DNA of 64,000 nucleotides from Escherichia coli (GTDB lineage Bacteria; Pseudomonadota; Gammaproteobacteria; Enterobacterales; Enterobacteriaceae): NCBI RefSeq assembly GCF_048403405.1, contig NZ_CP183129.1; one strand, 5' to 3'. Shown piece by piece: positions 52,428 to 64,000 of this stretch (position 1 is its first letter; each line of letters starts with the position of its first letter). The notes under the pieces were generated by a model. It saw only the letters and a program-made list of their open reading frames with translations, ran no database searches and was not told where the DNA came from. The position numbers and the translations under genes were made by a program.

Positions 52428-53105
52428 TTACATCAGTAATTCCGCAGCCAGCCGTGCAATCAATACGTTAGAGAGCAAAACAGGAACATCGAGCTGTTTT
52501 TGCAGTAAATCGCGATGACGCTGGTTAAATCCCAAACAATCCAGCATGATGACATCTGCACCTTTTTCCAGTAATTCTTTTCCGGCATCAATGATTTTTT
52601 GTTCCGAATCATGAATGGGGTTACCCAATGAAAATACTGGCGGTTTCTGCAAAATTTGCCATTTTTGCGCCTGAACGGTCAGCAACTCCTCAACCGGAAC
52701 GATAACCCCCACCTGATGATCTTCAACAATAGAAGAAACCAGCGGAGGCAATATTCGCGACGGCTCAAGAAAGATCGTATTACGCGCAGTCATACTACTA
52801 ATGTTTGCTGTACTCATTAATAAAATGACGTCATAACCCTGATTATCGAGCACTTCAACCACACCTTGCAGGTCACGCTCCACTTTGCGACGCGAAACAT
52901 GGGCCAGCTGGTTGTCATTTAATAATGTGAGAATTGTGTCTTCGCCTGCTTCTGGCGCGTACTCCGCCATCACTTCTTCGCGGCTTAACTTCCCCAGCAG
53001 GCTATGATGGGAAATATTATCTTCGTCAATGTATTCTGTCAGGAGCGGCAAAACTTCCTGCATAGGTACAATGCCGATGGTCAGGATCGCCAACGACGCA
53101 CTCAT
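52428..53105 (-). CDS. aroM: Protein AroM (225 aa)
   Basis: ORF 52428..53105; third gene of the aroL-yaiA-aroM string. Confidence 0.9.
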   Translation of the reverse strand: MSASLAILTIGIVPMQEVLPLLTEYIDEDNISHHSLLGKLSREEVMAEYAPEAGEDTILTLLNDNQLAHVSRRKVERDLQGVVEVLDNQGYDVILLMSTANISSMTARNTIFLEPSRILPPLVSSIVEDHQVGVIVPVEELLTVQAQKWQILQKPPVFSLGNPIHDSEQKIIDAGKELLEKGADVIMLDCLGFNQRHRDLLQKQLDVPVLLSNVLIARLAAELLM

Positions 53106-53362
53106 TGTTCTTCCACCTTACTTTTATTTCGTCGTTAATTACCGGGCAAGCGCTAAGCACCACTGCTGACACTTACCTGTGCTACAAATGACAAAAAGCG
53201 TAGCAGCAGACCTGCACGGCATAATGTAAAGATTCCAAATGATTCCAGTAATGGATTGTTATTGTTTAATATTCTAATTATTTGAAAAACATGAATTGTG
53301 AAAAATGTGACGCAGATCCCTTGTGGCGGCACTCAGAATCCCTTCCGAGCAGTCTGATGCGG

Positions 53363-53563
<201 letters not shown>

Positions 53564-53603
53564 TTATTTCACGGGATGAACGTTAAGTATAGGCGCTCGA
53601 AAA

Positions 53604-54128
53604 TCAACAATTGATCGTCTGTGCCAGGGCACTGCGAATTTCAGAAATCACCTGGCTGGGTTCGTTTGTTGCGTCGATGATAATATGCGCAACTTCGCGA
53701 TATAGCGCATCGCGTTCTTCCAGCACTTCCTGAACTTCTTCGCTCAGCGGTTTCCCCGTTAAGGTTGGCCGTAAATCTTCTTCCGGTGCAGCTTGCAGTC
53801 GGTTAACCAGGACTGATACTGGCGCACACAAATAAACCACGATCCCGTTATTTTGCATAAAGTGACGATTAAATTCCGTCAGAATAATGCCGCCGCCCGT
53901 AGCGATAACGGTGGATGGCGCAGTTACCGCTTCCAGCGCCGCCGTTTCTCTGGCGCGGAATCCCGCCCACTCTTCCCTTTCGACGATCTCCGCGACCGTC
54001 ATATTGAGCTGTGATTGCAACCACTGGTCGGTATCGACAAATCGACGGTTAAGCGAATCGGCAAGGGCCATTCCGACCGTTGTTTTACCACAGCCCCGAG
54101 GCCCGATCAGAAAAAGAGGTTGTGTCAT
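53604..54128 (-). CDS. aroL: Shikimate kinase II (174 aa)
   Basis: ORF 53604..54128; Walker [10 protein letters not shown]. Confidence 0.95.
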
Positions 54129-54290
54129 CGTGGGTTTTCCCCAATAGGTCGCAATGCGGCGAAAGCCGGTGTCATGAGAATAGCGATCATACCATCAAAC
54201 TAGTACAATTTCGATTGTAAAGAAAAAATTCCACTTAAAGTGAAAATCTCGATACACCCCTTACTATACCAATAAATATTCAAGAATGAA

Positions 54291-54309
54291 GTGTAAATAA
54301 TAAATTACA
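54291..54309. promoter_or_regulatory. Candidate TyrR box upstream of aroL
   Basis: TGTAAATAATAAATTACAT resembles the TyrR box consensus TGTAAA-N6-TTTACA; about 160 bp upstream of the aroL start, and aroL is known to be TyrR regulated. Confidence 0.45.
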
Positions 54310-54310
54310 T

Positions 54311-54769
54311 TTAGCCACGACTACGTTGCACTTCCAGCCACCACTTCTCCAGCTCCGCGGCAAAGGCCTGGCGGTCACGTTGTGAAAGGCTATCTGGTCC
54401 CCCGGTCTGGATCCCACTGGCGCGTAAGGTATCCATAAAATCGCGCATCGTCAGGCGCTCACGAATGGTCGCTGGCGTGTAACGTTCGCCGCGTGGATTA
54501 AGCGCCGCCGCGCCTTTCTCGATGGCTTCAGCAGCCAAAGGAATATCTGCGGTGATCACCAAATCGCCCGCTTCACACTGCCGGACAATTTCGTTATCGG
54601 CAACGTCGAAACCTGCCGCGACGCGCAGCGTACGAATAAATCGCGATGGCGGCACGCGTAAACTCTGGTTTGCTACCAGTACCAGCGGCATCTGCATACG
54701 TTCCGCCGCGCGATACAAAATCTCTTTAATTACATTGGGACACGCGTCGGCATCCACCCAAATTGTCAT
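54311..54769 (-). CDS. yaiI: UPF0178 protein YaiI (152 aa)
   Basis: Internal ATG at 54769 of ORF 54311..54889 ([26 protein letters not shown]...). Confidence 0.9.
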   Translation of the reverse strand: MTIWVDADACPNVIKEILYRAAERMQMPLVLVANQSLRVPPSRFIRTLRVAAGFDVADNEIVRQCEAGDLVITADIPLAAEAIEKGAAALNPRGERYTPATIRERLTMRDFMDTLRASGIQTGGPDSLSQRDRQAFAAELEKWWLEVQRSRG

Positions 54770-54888
54770 AAAGTCATCCTTTGTTGGGTAATCCTCTATT
54801 GTGTCGCGCTTTTGCCTTCCGGCATAGTTCTGTTTATGCTTCTGCCAGCGATTATCAAAACAATGAATTTCACGGCAGGAGTGAGGCA

Positions 54889-55698
54889 ATGGAAAAGAAA
54901 ATCGGTTTTATTGGCTGCGGCAATATGGGAAAAGCCATTCTCGGCGGTCTGATTGCCAGCGGTCAGGTGCTTCCAGGGCAAATCTGGGTATATACTCCCT
55001 CCCCGGATAAAGTCTCCGCCCTGCATGACCAGTTCGGCATCAACGCCGCAGAATCGGCGCAAGAAGTGGCGCAAATCGCCGACATCATTTTTGCCGCCGT
55101 TAAACCTGGCATCATGATTAAAGTGCTTAGCGAAATCACCTCCAGCCTGAATAAAGACTCTCTGGTCGTTTCTATTGCTGCAGGTATCACACTCGACCAG
55201 CTTGCCCGCGCGCTGGGCCATGACCGGAAAATTATCCGCGCCATGCCGAACACTCCCGCGCTGGTTAATGCCGGGATGACCTCCGTAACACCAAACGCGC
55301 TGGTAACCCCAGAAGATACCGCTGATGTGCTGAATATTTTCCGCTGCTTTGGCGAAGCGGAAGTAATTGCCGAGCCGATGATCCACCCGGTGGTCGGTGT
55401 GAGCGGTTCTTCGCCAGCCTACGTCTTTATGTTTATCGAAGCGATGGCCGACGCTGCCGTGCTGGGCGGGATGCCACGCGCCCAGGCGTATAAATTTGCC
55501 GCTCAGGCGGTAATGGGTTCCGCAAAAATGGTGCTGGAAACGGGAGAACATCCGGGGGCACTGAAAGATATGGTCTGCTCACCGGGAGGCACCACCATTG
55601 AGGCGGTACGCGTACTGGAAGAGAAAGGCTTCCGTGCCGCAGTGATCGAAGCGATGACGAAGTGTATGGAAAAATCAGAAAAACTCAGTAAATCCTGA
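54889..55698 (+). CDS. proC: Pyrroline-5-carboxylate reductase (269 aa)
   Basis: Internal ATG at 54889 behind AGGAG in ORF 54781..55698 ([21 protein letters not shown]...). Confidence 0.95.
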   Translation: MEKKIGFIGCGNMGKAILGGLIASGQVLPGQIWVYTPSPDKVSALHDQFGINAAESAQEVAQIADIIFAAVKPGIMIKVLSEITSSLNKDSLVVSIAAGITLDQLARALGHDRKIIRAMPNTPALVNAGMTSVTPNALVTPEDTADVLNIFRCFGEAEVIAEPMIHPVVGVSGSSPAYVFMFIEAMADAAVLGGMPRAQAYKFAAQAVMGSAKMVLETGEHPGALKDMVCSPGGTTIEAVRVLEEKGFRAAVIEAMTKCMEKSEKLSKS

Positions 55699-55714
55699 TG
55701 ACTTTTGCCGGACG

Positions 55715-56830
55715 TCAGGCCGCCACTTCGGTGCGGTTACGTCCGGCTTTCTTTGCTTTGTAGAGCGCCAAATCTGCCGATTTCAACCACTCGCGATAGT
55801 GACTCATTTGTGGGTTCAGCGGCGCAACCCCCACACTAATCCGTAACATCACCTGCGGCGTATTCGGCAGGCGTAACGTATTTAATCCTTCATGCACTCG
55901 TAACATGGCGGTAATGGCGCTCTCAGCTGGCGTACCGGACATGATTACCGCAAACTCATCGCCGCCAAACCGACCAATCACATCGCTACCGCGCAGGGTT
56001 ATTTGTAATTGTCGGGTAAGCGCCACAATCGCTTCATCGCCCACATCATGGCCCCAGGTATCGTTGATGCTCTTGAAATGGTCGATATCGATAATCAGTA
56101 ATGTCGCATCGCGGTTATGCCGCCGACAGTTATCAAATTCATTGCGTAACATAGTTTCCCAATGACGTCGGTTATACACGCCCGTCATACCGTCGCGGGT
56201 ACTCATGACCTGCAACCTGCGTTTATGTTCCGCCAGTTTAGTCGCCGTCTGGTAGCTGACCCAGCCAAACAGCAGAGGATAAATGACGATAATGGGAAGG
56301 GAGAGCCACCATTCCAGCGGCGCACTATTGAACGACACGGTGATGCCCGTCAGTTCAAGGGTGACAAGACAGGAAACCACCATCAATACCAGACCCGCGA
56401 CAAACAGACGGGGGCCGCCTGCCCCCATCAAATTCAGACACATAATCATCAACATCGCGGTGGAAGGCAGCACGTTTACGCCCATTACGCCTACCCACAT
56501 TCCCGCTAATACTGCATCGGTTTTTAAGTTGTAAATTTCCCGGCTAAGCGGATCGACGGCCCTGCTCGCTATCTGCCAGGCTAAATGCGGCCAGACGAAC
56601 GCCCAGCCGACCAACACCAGCCACCACCAGCCCGGCGGCGGGTGCGAAACCAGCGTTGAAGCAATCGGTAAGAACATGCCAGCCAGGCCAACCGCGCGGG
56701 GTAGTCTGACGCGACGGGCGAAGCGCAGCCCGGATCGCTGATGTTCGTTTTGAGGAGTTAAAGGAGGTTCCTCCCCATGCGCCGCCGCTTTTTTGAAAAA
56801 GTTTTCATCATTCATTATTTTTGGGAACAT
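55715..56830 (-). CDS. dgcC: Diguanylate cyclase DgcC (AdrA/YaiC, 371 aa)
   Basis: ORF 55715..56830; MASE-type membrane domain plus GGDEF active site (RFGGDEFAVIM). Confidence 0.92.
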   Translation of the reverse strand: MFPKIMNDENFFKKAAAHGEEPPLTPQNEHQRSGLRFARRVRLPRAVGLAGMFLPIASTLVSHPPPGWWWLVLVGWAFVWPHLAWQIASRAVDPLSREIYNLKTDAVLAGMWVGVMGVNVLPSTAMLMIMCLNLMGAGGPRLFVAGLVLMVVSCLVTLELTGITVSFNSAPLEWWLSLPIIVIYPLLFGWVSYQTATKLAEHKRRLQVMSTRDGMTGVYNRRHWETMLRNEFDNCRRHNRDATLLIIDIDHFKSINDTWGHDVGDEAIVALTRQLQITLRGSDVIGRFGGDEFAVIMSGTPAESAITAMLRVHEGLNTLRLPNTPQVMLRISVGVAPLNPQMSHYREWLKSADLALYKAKKAGRNRTEVAA

Positions 56831-56931
56831 TCAGAAACAATTTTCCCAAATTATAGAGACGGGGCTAAAGGCAGAAGTATGAAATTTCGGGTGAGCCATT
56901 TTCGTAGCTCACCCGTTAGCACTATCAGGTA

Positions 56932-57252
56932 TCAGGCGGCTTTCTTGAGGCAGGCGCTCATAAACTTATTACGATCATCACCTTTCAGAGATTGTTGCGT
57001 TGCTTGATTATTACATTCGCGCATCTTTTGCTGCTGTGGCGTCAAACTTTTTTCACCAGGCGCAGACTTGCTGTTCTTCAGGCAATCACTCATGTAGGTC
57101 TTACGAGCATCCCCTTTCAACGCCTGCGCCGTCGCCTGCTGATTACAGGAGGTCATACGCTGTTGTTGCGGGGTTAAGGTTCTCTCGGCAGCGCCGACGG
57201 TGGTTAAAAAAACCAGACCGAAAAGCAAGGTAACCAGTAATGTTATTTTCAT
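56932..57252 (-). CDS. psiF: Phosphate starvation-inducible protein PsiF (106 aa)
   Basis: Second ATG (57252) of ORF 56932..57270; signal peptide and two internal repeats (TPQQQ...CNxQATxQxLKGDxRxxxMSxCLK). Confidence 0.9.
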   Translation of the reverse strand: MKITLLVTLLFGLVFLTTVGAAERTLTPQQQRMTSCNQQATAQALKGDARKTYMSDCLKNSKSAPGEKSLTPQQQKMRECNNQATQQSLKGDDRNKFMSACLKKAA

Positions 57253-57370
57253 AGCACCATCCCTCTTCATGTTTTAACCATGAGCGTATGCGCCCGTGAT
57301 CTGCCATTAAGTCTGGTTGCTAACAGCAAAAAAACCACCCGGCAGCGAAAATTCACTGCCGGGCGCGGTT

Positions 57371-58786
57371 TTATTTCAGCCCCAGGGCGGCTTTCATGGT
57401 GTAGAAGAGATCGGTCTGGTCGGTTAGTCCAACAACATTGGCGGCATGCGGGCCATACGCCGCAATACGCAACTGACTGCCGGTATGTTCTTGTGAATCC
57501 TCTTCGGAGTTCCCGTAACTCATCACCATCACTGCGCCATCTTTGGTATTTAGTGCCTGGGTGAGGCCCGGCGCTTTGGTGTCCGGCGCGACAATCTGGC
57601 TGGCGTGGGCGTGATCAGCGGTGACTATGACCAGCGTGTTGCCATCCTTTTTAGCGAATTCCAGCGCACGTTGTACGGCTTCATCGAGATCGACCGTCTC
57701 GCCAATTTGCCCACAAGGATTCGCAGCGTGATCCTGTTTATCGATGGATGCACCTTCAACTTGCAGGAAAAAGCCTTTCTCATTTTTACTCAACAATTCA
57801 ATGGCTTTGTCGGTCATCTGCGCCAGGGTCGGTACGCTGTCATTACGTTGCGGATTAGGCGTACAGGTAACTGCGGGCTTGTCGATATTGCCGTGGTACG
57901 TTGCTTTCGGTCCTAGCCAGCGCACTGGCATATTGCCGTCAGCAAACAGGCCAAGCAGGGGTTTTTGCTGATTCGCTTCCGTCACCGCATTTAGCGATGC
58001 AGCATCACTCACCAGCTGATAACCACGCGCCTGTGCCTGTTCACGCAGCGTTTTTCCCTGCCATTCGCCAGCGGTTGCCGTTTCAGCAAAGGTTTTTGCG
58101 CCGCCGCCAAGCGTAACATCGGCACGGGCGTTAAGCAGCTGTTCGGTAATCGATCCTCTCCCGCCTTTTTCCAGAGCGTTATCCGGACATTTTTCACTGG
58201 TCGCGCTCGGACCGTAGCATTTGCGCGAGGTCACATGCGCCACCAGCGCGGCGGGCGTGGCATCCTGCAACTCTGCGGTAGAAACGTTACCGGTCGCCAG
58301 ACCTGCGGCTTTTGCCATTTCCAGAATCGTTGGGTGATCTTTTTCGTGAATATCGACGCCCAGCGCACCGTTATAGGTTTTGACACCAGTTGACCAGGCG
58401 GTTGCTGATGCAGCCGAGTCGGTAACGTAGTCCGGTTTGCCGGTTTTTTTATTCAGCGCATAGTGTGTGTATTGTCCGGTAAGCGGTAAGGCATCGATAC
58501 CTTTAAAAAAGCCGCCCGCACCTTCGGCATAATTGCGTGCAGCAGTAATTTCCGAGTCCCCCATCCCATCGCCAATCAGCAAAATAATATTTTTGGCAGG
58601 TTTATCGCTAAGAGAATCACGCAGAGCGGCGGTCTGATCACCCGTTAAGCGGCGAGCACCGCCGGGTGCAGTAATATCTCCCTGAGCAGCCCGGTTTTCC
58701 AGAACAGGCATTTCTGGTGTCCGGGCTTTTGTCACAGGGGTAAACAGTAACGGTAAGAGTGCCAGTGCAATAGTGCTTTGTTTCAC
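57371..58786 (-). CDS. phoA: Alkaline phosphatase (471 aa precursor)
   Basis: GTG start at 58786 within ORF 57371..58828 ([39 protein letters not shown]...); active-site region [12 protein letters not shown]. Confidence 0.95.
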   Translation of the reverse strand: MKQSTIALALLPLLFTPVTKARTPEMPVLENRAAQGDITAPGGARRLTGDQTAALRDSLSDKPAKNIILLIGDGMGDSEITAARNYAEGAGGFFKGIDALPLTGQYTHYALNKKTGKPDYVTDSAASATAWSTGVKTYNGALGVDIHEKDHPTILEMAKAAGLATGNVSTAELQDATPAALVAHVTSRKCYGPSATSEKCPDNALEKGGRGSITEQLLNARADVTLGGGAKTFAETATAGEWQGKTLREQAQARGYQLVSDAASLNAVTEANQQKPLLGLFADGNMPVRWLGPKATYHGNIDKPAVTCTPNPQRNDSVPTLAQMTDKAIELLSKNEKGFFLQVEGASIDKQDHAANPCGQIGETVDLDEAVQRALEFAKKDGNTLVIVTADHAHASQIVAPDTKAPGLTQALNTKDGAVMVMSYGNSEEDSQEHTGSQLRIAAYGPHAANVVGLTDQTDLFYTMKAALGLK

Positions 58787-58848
58787 TTTATTTTCTCCAT
58801 GTACAAATACATTAAAAAATAAAAACAAAGCGACTATAAGTCTCGGCC

Positions 58849-58866
58849 GTGACAGCTTTATGACAG
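58849..58866 (-). promoter_or_regulatory. Pho box of the phoA promoter
   Basis: Reverse complement reads CTGTCATAAAGCTGTCAC (two CTGTCA half-sites), about 60 bp upstream of the phoA start. Confidence 0.8.
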
Positions 58867-58886
58867 CTGTTGAAAAGATTAACTTT

Positions 58887-59147
58887 TTACTGACGAGGAT
58901 GCTTCAATAACTTCTTTACATAATTGCGCAGCAGCTCCGTAGCGTCGTCAGGAATGCTGGCATCGGGCTTTACCTCGTACAGCGCCCCCTCTACCTGATC
59001 AATCAACCTTTGTTGGTCATTTTGCGCCATATTGCGAAGCATTGCAGTGACGATAATCTCCAAAGCTTCTACCTGCGCGCACAGTTCTTTCGACTCTTCT
59101 TCTTTTTGGGCAAGCTTAAATAACAACTCAGCAATGAGATTTTTCAT
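58887..59147 (-). CDS. iraP: Anti-adaptor protein IraP (86 aa)
   Basis: ORF 58887..59147; [37 protein letters not shown]... Confidence 0.92.
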   Translation of the reverse strand: MKNLIAELLFKLAQKEEESKELCAQVEALEIIVTAMLRNMAQNDQQRLIDQVEGALYEVKPDASIPDDATELLRNYVKKLLKHPRQ

Positions 59148-59609
59148 GTCTGTATTTCCTTATCCAAAGTATGGAGAAGTTAACATTATGTTTCACAACT
59201 TCATAGTGTCTGGAAGTATTATTTTTATGACAAAGGAAATACTTTGCGCAAATATTTTTTGTTTGATTACCAGCGAAACGTTTCTCTTATTTTAATAATT
59301 ACCCACACAAAATATAGGCTTTTAATTATCAACCTTTATTATAAATAAAAGTTATGAAATATATTCTCTTCGTAAACTTATAATTAAGAGAAAAAAACTC
59401 ACTGCATGGCCATACAAGCCAGGAATAAATTAGCTTCCCGTTCATCATTTTTGTGATCTTGCGCACATCATTGAGATAACGCGCTTTCTTCACCAGTACG
59501 TTGCACGCTTTGTCAGCAGAAGATTGCAACATTCTGTCAGAAGGCCGCGAATCCCCCGTTTTGTCGTGGTAATGTATGCACTTTGTGTTAGACGGGATAG
59601 GTTTTTAAG

Positions 59610-60704
59610 ATGGAAAAACTGCGGGTAGGAATCGTTTTTGGTGGTAAATCAGCGGAACATGAAGTGTCTCTGCAATCGGCAAAAAACATTGTCGATGCCA
59701 TTGATAAAAGTCGCTTCGACGTTGTGCTGCTGGGCATTGATAAACAAGGGCAATGGCACGTCAGCGATGCCAGCAATTATCTGCTAAATGCAGACGATCC
59801 TGCCCATATTGCGTTGCGCCCTTCGGCGACCAGCCTTGCGCAGGTGCCTGGTAAACATGAACATCAGCTTATCGACGCGCAAAACGGTCAGCCGTTGCCG
59901 ACGGTGGATGTCATTTTCCCGATTGTCCACGGTACGCTGGGCGAAGATGGTTCCTTGCAGGGAATGCTGCGGGTCGCCAATTTACCGTTTGTAGGTTCTG
60001 ATGTTCTGGCTTCAGCGGCCTGTATGGATAAAGATGTCACCAAACGTCTGCTGCGCGATGCCGGGCTGAACATTGCGCCATTTATTACCCTGACGCGCGC
60101 TAATCGTCACAACATCAGTTTTGCCGAAGTGGAGTCTAAACTGGGGTTACCGCTGTTTGTAAAACCGGCTAATCAGGGCTCTTCTGTTGGTGTCAGCAAA
60201 GTAACCAGTGAAGAACAGTACGCAATTGCCGTCGATCTGGCGTTCGAGTTCGACCATAAAGTGATCGTTGAGCAAGGGATCAAAGGTCGTGAGATCGAAT
60301 GCGCAGTTCTGGGCAACGACAATCCGCAAGCCAGCACCTGTGGCGAGATCGTACTCACCAGCGATTTTTATGCCTACGACACCAAGTACATTGACGAAGA
60401 TGGCGCGAAAGTGGTAGTTCCGGCAGCCATTGCGCCAGAAATCAACGATAAGATCCGGGCGATTGCCGTTCAGGCTTATCAGACGTTGGGATGCGCAGGC
60501 ATGGCGCGTGTAGACGTGTTTTTAACCCCAGAGAACGAAGTGGTGATCAACGAGATCAACACACTGCCTGGTTTCACCAACATCAGTATGTATCCGAAGC
60601 TGTGGCAAGCCAGCGGTCTGGGTTACACCGACCTGATCACCCGTTTGATTGAGCTGGCGCTGGAGCGTCACGCTGCGGATAACGCATTGAAAACCACAAT
60701 GTAA
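59610..60704 (+). CDS. ddlA: D-alanine--D-alanine ligase A (364 aa)
   Basis: ORF 59610..60704; [34 protein letters not shown]..., ATP-grasp. Confidence 0.95.
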   Translation: MEKLRVGIVFGGKSAEHEVSLQSAKNIVDAIDKSRFDVVLLGIDKQGQWHVSDASNYLLNADDPAHIALRPSATSLAQVPGKHEHQLIDAQNGQPLPTVDVIFPIVHGTLGEDGSLQGMLRVANLPFVGSDVLASAACMDKDVTKRLLRDAGLNIAPFITLTRANRHNISFAEVESKLGLPLFVKPANQGSSVGVSKVTSEEQYAIAVDLAFEFDHKVIVEQGIKGREIECAVLGNDNPQASTCGEIVLTSDFYAYDTKYIDEDGAKVVVPAAIAPEINDKIRAIAVQAYQTLGCAGMARVDVFLTPENEVVINEINTLPGFTNISMYPKLWQASGLGYTDLITRLIELALERHAADNALKTTM

Positions 60705-60727
60705 TATTTAAACGCCCGATAATATTC

Positions 60728-60940
60728 TTATTGGGCGTTTTCAGTTTCTTCATCGCGACGACGAATAATCAGCCCCGCCAGCCAGAAACTAATCACCCAC
60801 GTCACCAGACCGACGGCATAGGTCTGCCAACCTTTTGCTTCAAATCCCAGTAACCCCACCACGCCATTAAGAATGAATATAAGGCCAATGGCGAACGCAT
60901 AGTAGTGCCAGTCACGGCGGATTTTTACAGGCAAGTTCAT
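60728..60940 (-). CDS. yaiZ: Small membrane protein YaiZ (70 aa)
   Basis: Internal ATG at 60940 of ORF 60728..61072 (MNLPVKIRRDWHYYAFAIGLIFILNGVVGLLGF...); two predicted TM helices. Confidence 0.8.
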   Translation of the reverse strand: MNLPVKIRRDWHYYAFAIGLIFILNGVVGLLGFEAKGWQTYAVGLVTWVISFWLAGLIIRRRDEETENAQ

Positions 60941-61199
60941 GGCAGCTCCGTTAACGAAAAACAACATCCTTGCATATTCTGCAACATCCGTCTGTGGCGT
61001 AGACAACATTTCCGTAATTGTTAATAAATTTAACTTAAGGTTGTCATTTTGTGACTTACGACGAAGATTCACGCTTCGGGAATATTCCCAACATCAATTT
61101 ACCATGATTCTGATATTGACAATCTTAATGACCTGTCAGACTTGCCATAAGCCGCTGGTATCACACCAGAAGAGAAGCAGATGACTTCCGGAGGTTTTT

Positions 61200-61508
61200 A
61201 TGGCTGATTTCACCCTGTCAAAATCGCTGTTTAGCGGAAAATATCGCAATGCCTCTTCAACGCCTGGCAACATTGCCTATGCGTTGTTTGTGCTGTTTTG
61301 CTTTTGGGCTGGGGCGCAATTGCTGAACCTGTTAGTGCATGCGCCCGGCGTCTATGAGCGCTTAATGCAGGTCCAGGAAACAGGTCGCCCACGGGTGGAA
61401 ATTGGTTTAGGTGTCGGCACCATTTTCGGGCTGATCCCGTTTTTAGTAGGCTGCCTCATTTTTGCAGTAGTGGCGCTATGGCTGCACTGGCGACATCGCC
61501 GCCAGTAA
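61200..61508 (+). CDS. yaiY: Inner-membrane protein YaiY (102 aa)
   Basis: ORF 61200..61508; [42 protein letters not shown]... Confidence 0.88.
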
Positions 61509-61565
61509 GATTTACTTGCCAGATAGGACCTAAAACGCTTTATCTGGCATGACATTCCTGTTTGA

Positions 61566-62660
61566 TCACTGTTTCATACAACGCGCCCGCCGTTCGTCTA
61601 CGCGCTTCGCAAACCAGGCCGTAGTCAGGTTGCGGGTGATTTTCGGGCTTTCCAGTTGAATGCCAGGCAACATTTCGCGGGGTAGTGATTTACCCGTTTT
61701 CGCTTCGGCAAGTTGATAAACTTTCTTGTACAGCGCCGTCTCCTCAAAAGAGAAGCTGTCCCCTTTCTCTAACTGGCGGCGAATTTCACTGTCACTCATC
61801 CCCAGTTTTCCCGCCAGTTTGCGCGTTGCCAGTTCGGTTTTCCCGGGCTCTTTACTGTCGTAACGAATTAAATCACCGTCCAGTGCCAGCTTCACGCCGC
61901 TGGCTTTACTGACCGCGTTCTGAAACGCGGCATTACGGCTGGCGTACCAGCCAGCGTTAAAATCAGCAAAACGGTATATCGGCGCGCTATAGCTGGCGGG
62001 ATAATTCAGTAAATGGTAAGTACCAAACCACAACCCGCCGCGACGACTGAAGACTTCCTGACGGACTGTACCGTCCATTTTCCACGGATACCCTTTGGTA
62101 TGCTGTTCGGCAAAGGCAATGCTGACCTGCATCGGCCCACCGGTGCGCACCGGATTAAGCGAACCAAACAACGTCTGCCCCATTGGCACCATGCTGATCA
62201 GATCGTCAAAAATCGCGCTCAATTGCTTTTCTGTACGCACCGAATCTAACCGTTCGCTATAGCTTTTGCCGTTTGGCGATTTGATTTTTAGCGCGGTATG
62301 CACCAGAAAAGCAGGAATGTGCATCCGTTCAGCACGACGGTCAATCTCTTGCCAGGCGATCTTGCTTAAGCCCGGAACGGCTGGATCTGCCTGATAATTT
62401 GACTCCTGCTGCGCCACCGCCAGCACCGAGCAGACGTTTTCCAGCGTCGGTGCCAGCCCCTGACTTTCAAACGTGGTGGCGAGATCTTTCGCCCAGGCAT
62501 CGCGGTCTTTCACGCTCGCAGGCATCTTCTGCCGCACGACGCTCGCCACATCTATCGCTTTTTCGCCCTTTTTCAACGGTTGCGGAGCCTGACTACTACA
62601 CCCCGCTAAAACCAGAACCGCCAACAATGACAGCGAAGATAGATGATTGACGCGCGACAT
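61566..62660 (-). CDS. yaiW: Surface-exposed outer-membrane lipoprotein YaiW (364 aa)
   Basis: ORF 61566..62660; signal peptide with lipobox (LAGCSS). Confidence 0.9.
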   Translation of the reverse strand: MSRVNHLSSLSLLAVLVLAGCSSQAPQPLKKGEKAIDVASVVRQKMPASVKDRDAWAKDLATTFESQGLAPTLENVCSVLAVAQQESNYQADPAVPGLSKIAWQEIDRRAERMHIPAFLVHTALKIKSPNGKSYSERLDSVRTEKQLSAIFDDLISMVPMGQTLFGSLNPVRTGGPMQVSIAFAEQHTKGYPWKMDGTVRQEVFSRRGGLWFGTYHLLNYPASYSAPIYRFADFNAGWYASRNAAFQNAVSKASGVKLALDGDLIRYDSKEPGKTELATRKLAGKLGMSDSEIRRQLEKGDSFSFEETALYKKVYQLAEAKTGKSLPREMLPGIQLESPKITRNLTTAWFAKRVDERRARCMKQ

Positions 62661-62672
62661 TACTTCTCCTTT

Positions 62673-63893
62673 TTAGCTCAAGGTATGGGTTACTTCCTGA
62701 ATTTTGTCACCATCCAGCTCATGTTCAAAGCTGCGCAGACGTTTGTAGATAGACATCAACTCAACCAGTGTGGTCCATGAGTTAATCAGGTACTGGAAAG
62801 CTCCGCGAACCTGACCAAAAACGTTGGTAATCTGCGTCATCAGGCCGAGCGTAATCGTACCGGCAACAATTGACGGAAACAGCAAGAACAAACCGAAAAC
62901 GTTATCGACCTGCAAATAGAGAATGCGGGCGATGTTGAAATACATATAGTGAAAATAGAGGCGGAAATAGTTTTTCCGTACGGCGCTAAACAGCTCGCGT
63001 ACCGTAGGCGGCGTCGCGCGCGTGGCATCGTCTTCACCATAAACCAGCTCTTTACGGTAGGCAGCCTCTACACGCTGGTTTTTAAACTCCAGCCCCGGCA
63101 GTTTGATCCCTACCACTGCCAGTAATCCGGTCCCCATCAGCGACCAGACGATAGCGGCAATCACCAGACCATACGGAATGTGCCCGACAATCGGCAGCTC
63201 CGGCACATGCGCGGAGAGCGTGACCAGCACCGGCAGGAAGGCGATCAACGTCATGATAGCGTTGATAAAGCTGACGCCCATATTCTCCAGCGTTGAAGCA
63301 AAACGCATGGTGTCTTCCTGCACGCGTTGGGCGGCACCTTCGATATGACGCAGTTGTTGCCAGTTCGCCATGTAATATTCGTTCATCGCTGTACGCCAGC
63401 GGAACACGTAGTGACTGACAAAGAAGTTGTTCAGCACACTGATCACTACCGCGATCAGCGCAATCCCCAGAAAGACGCCCACTTCGCGGTAAAATTGTTC
63501 GATGGTGACTTTATGCGGCGAACTTAGCGCGGTTTGAATCAGATCATAGAACGGCGCATACCAGGCGTTGACGGCGACCCCGACTTCCACCAAAAACCAG
63601 GTGACGAAGATGATCAGTGCAGTACCGAGTATTGACCAATATTGCCAACGATGCGGGCTGTAGATAAACCAGAACAATGCAAAAAGTCCTACGCAAACAA
63701 TGTAGTAAGCGTAAAAAATCAGGAAATCTAACGACCAGAAACGCGCGGCGCTAATCGGGATCTGCCCGGAAGCTCCGGTGATACGCGCCACCCAGTCACC
63801 CCCACCTGCTTGCCAGAAGATAACGGCAATCAATGCCCAAACAAAGGCCGAGAGAAAAAACGGTCCCGGCTTTGGGAAAAAAGACTTAAACAT
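62673..63893 (-). CDS. sbmA: Peptide antibiotic / antimicrobial peptide transporter SbmA (406 aa)
   Basis: ATG at 63893 within ORF 62673..63899 ([28 protein letters not shown]...). Confidence 0.93.
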   Translation of the reverse strand: MFKSFFPKPGPFFLSAFVWALIAVIFWQAGGGDWVARITGASGQIPISAARFWSLDFLIFYAYYIVCVGLFALFWFIYSPHRWQYWSILGTALIIFVTWFLVEVGVAVNAWYAPFYDLIQTALSSPHKVTIEQFYREVGVFLGIALIAVVISVLNNFFVSHYVFRWRTAMNEYYMANWQQLRHIEGAAQRVQEDTMRFASTLENMGVSFINAIMTLIAFLPVLVTLSAHVPELPIVGHIPYGLVIAAIVWSLMGTGLLAVVGIKLPGLEFKNQRVEAAYRKELVYGEDDATRATPPTVRELFSAVRKNYFRLYFHYMYFNIARILYLQVDNVFGLFLLFPSIVAGTITLGLMTQITNVFGQVRGAFQYLINSWTTLVELMSIYKRLRSFEHELDGDKIQEVTHTLS

Positions 63894-64000
63894 ATGCACT
63901 CCTGCTAACTTCTTATCGTTTTAACAACTGCTGTGTATTAACCGCATGACCGCTACAAAGCGTCAGCCAAATGAAACCGCCCATTGTGACCCATAGCAAG

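Noticed and set aside
54796-55551. 251-aa ORF on the minus strand
   Set aside because: Antisense to proC, whose frame has a clear NAD(P)-binding N-terminus and an AGGAG RBS.
59148-59609. Small ORFs (for example 59329..59532, minus strand) in the long AT-rich iraP/ddlA intergenic region
   Set aside because: No convincing RBS and the sequence looks like promoter/UTR DNA; cannot be supported as genes from sequence alone. An sRNA cannot be excluded.

Overview
This window looks like an Escherichia coli / Shigella-type chromosomal segment, syntenic with the K-12 sbmA–phoA–proC–aroL–rdgC–araJ–sbcCD–phoBR–brnQ–proY–malZ–queA–tgt–secDF–tsx–nrdR–ribD–nusB–thiL–pgpA–yajO–dxs–ispA–thiI–panE–cyoABCDE–ampG–bolA–tig block, in reverse orientation. 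Gene identities were assigned by reading the supplied translations and checking start codons and ribosome-binding sites in the DNA; no database search was run, so names rest on my recall of the K-12 proteins. Almost all of the window is densely packed core genes with REP elements, hairpin terminators and two clear Pho boxes. Three segments do not fit the K-12 backbone as I remember it and are the candidates for anything new: (1) an AT-rich single-gene islet between yajO and pgpA (about 18.3–20.3 kb) encoding a 523-aa protein with a central pentapeptide-repeat region; (2) an IS200/IS605-family element (divergent tnpA and tnpB, about 1.75 kb) that splits the lipoprotein gene yajI (about 24.6–26.5 kb); (3) an AT-rich single-gene islet between acpH and malZ (about 34.65–36.3 kb) encoding a 485-aa protein I do not recognise, with a Lys/Glu/Ala-rich repetitive core. 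The two orphan genes are the best leads; I could not assign either to a described system from sequence alone. No rRNA, tRNA or CRISPR array was seen.
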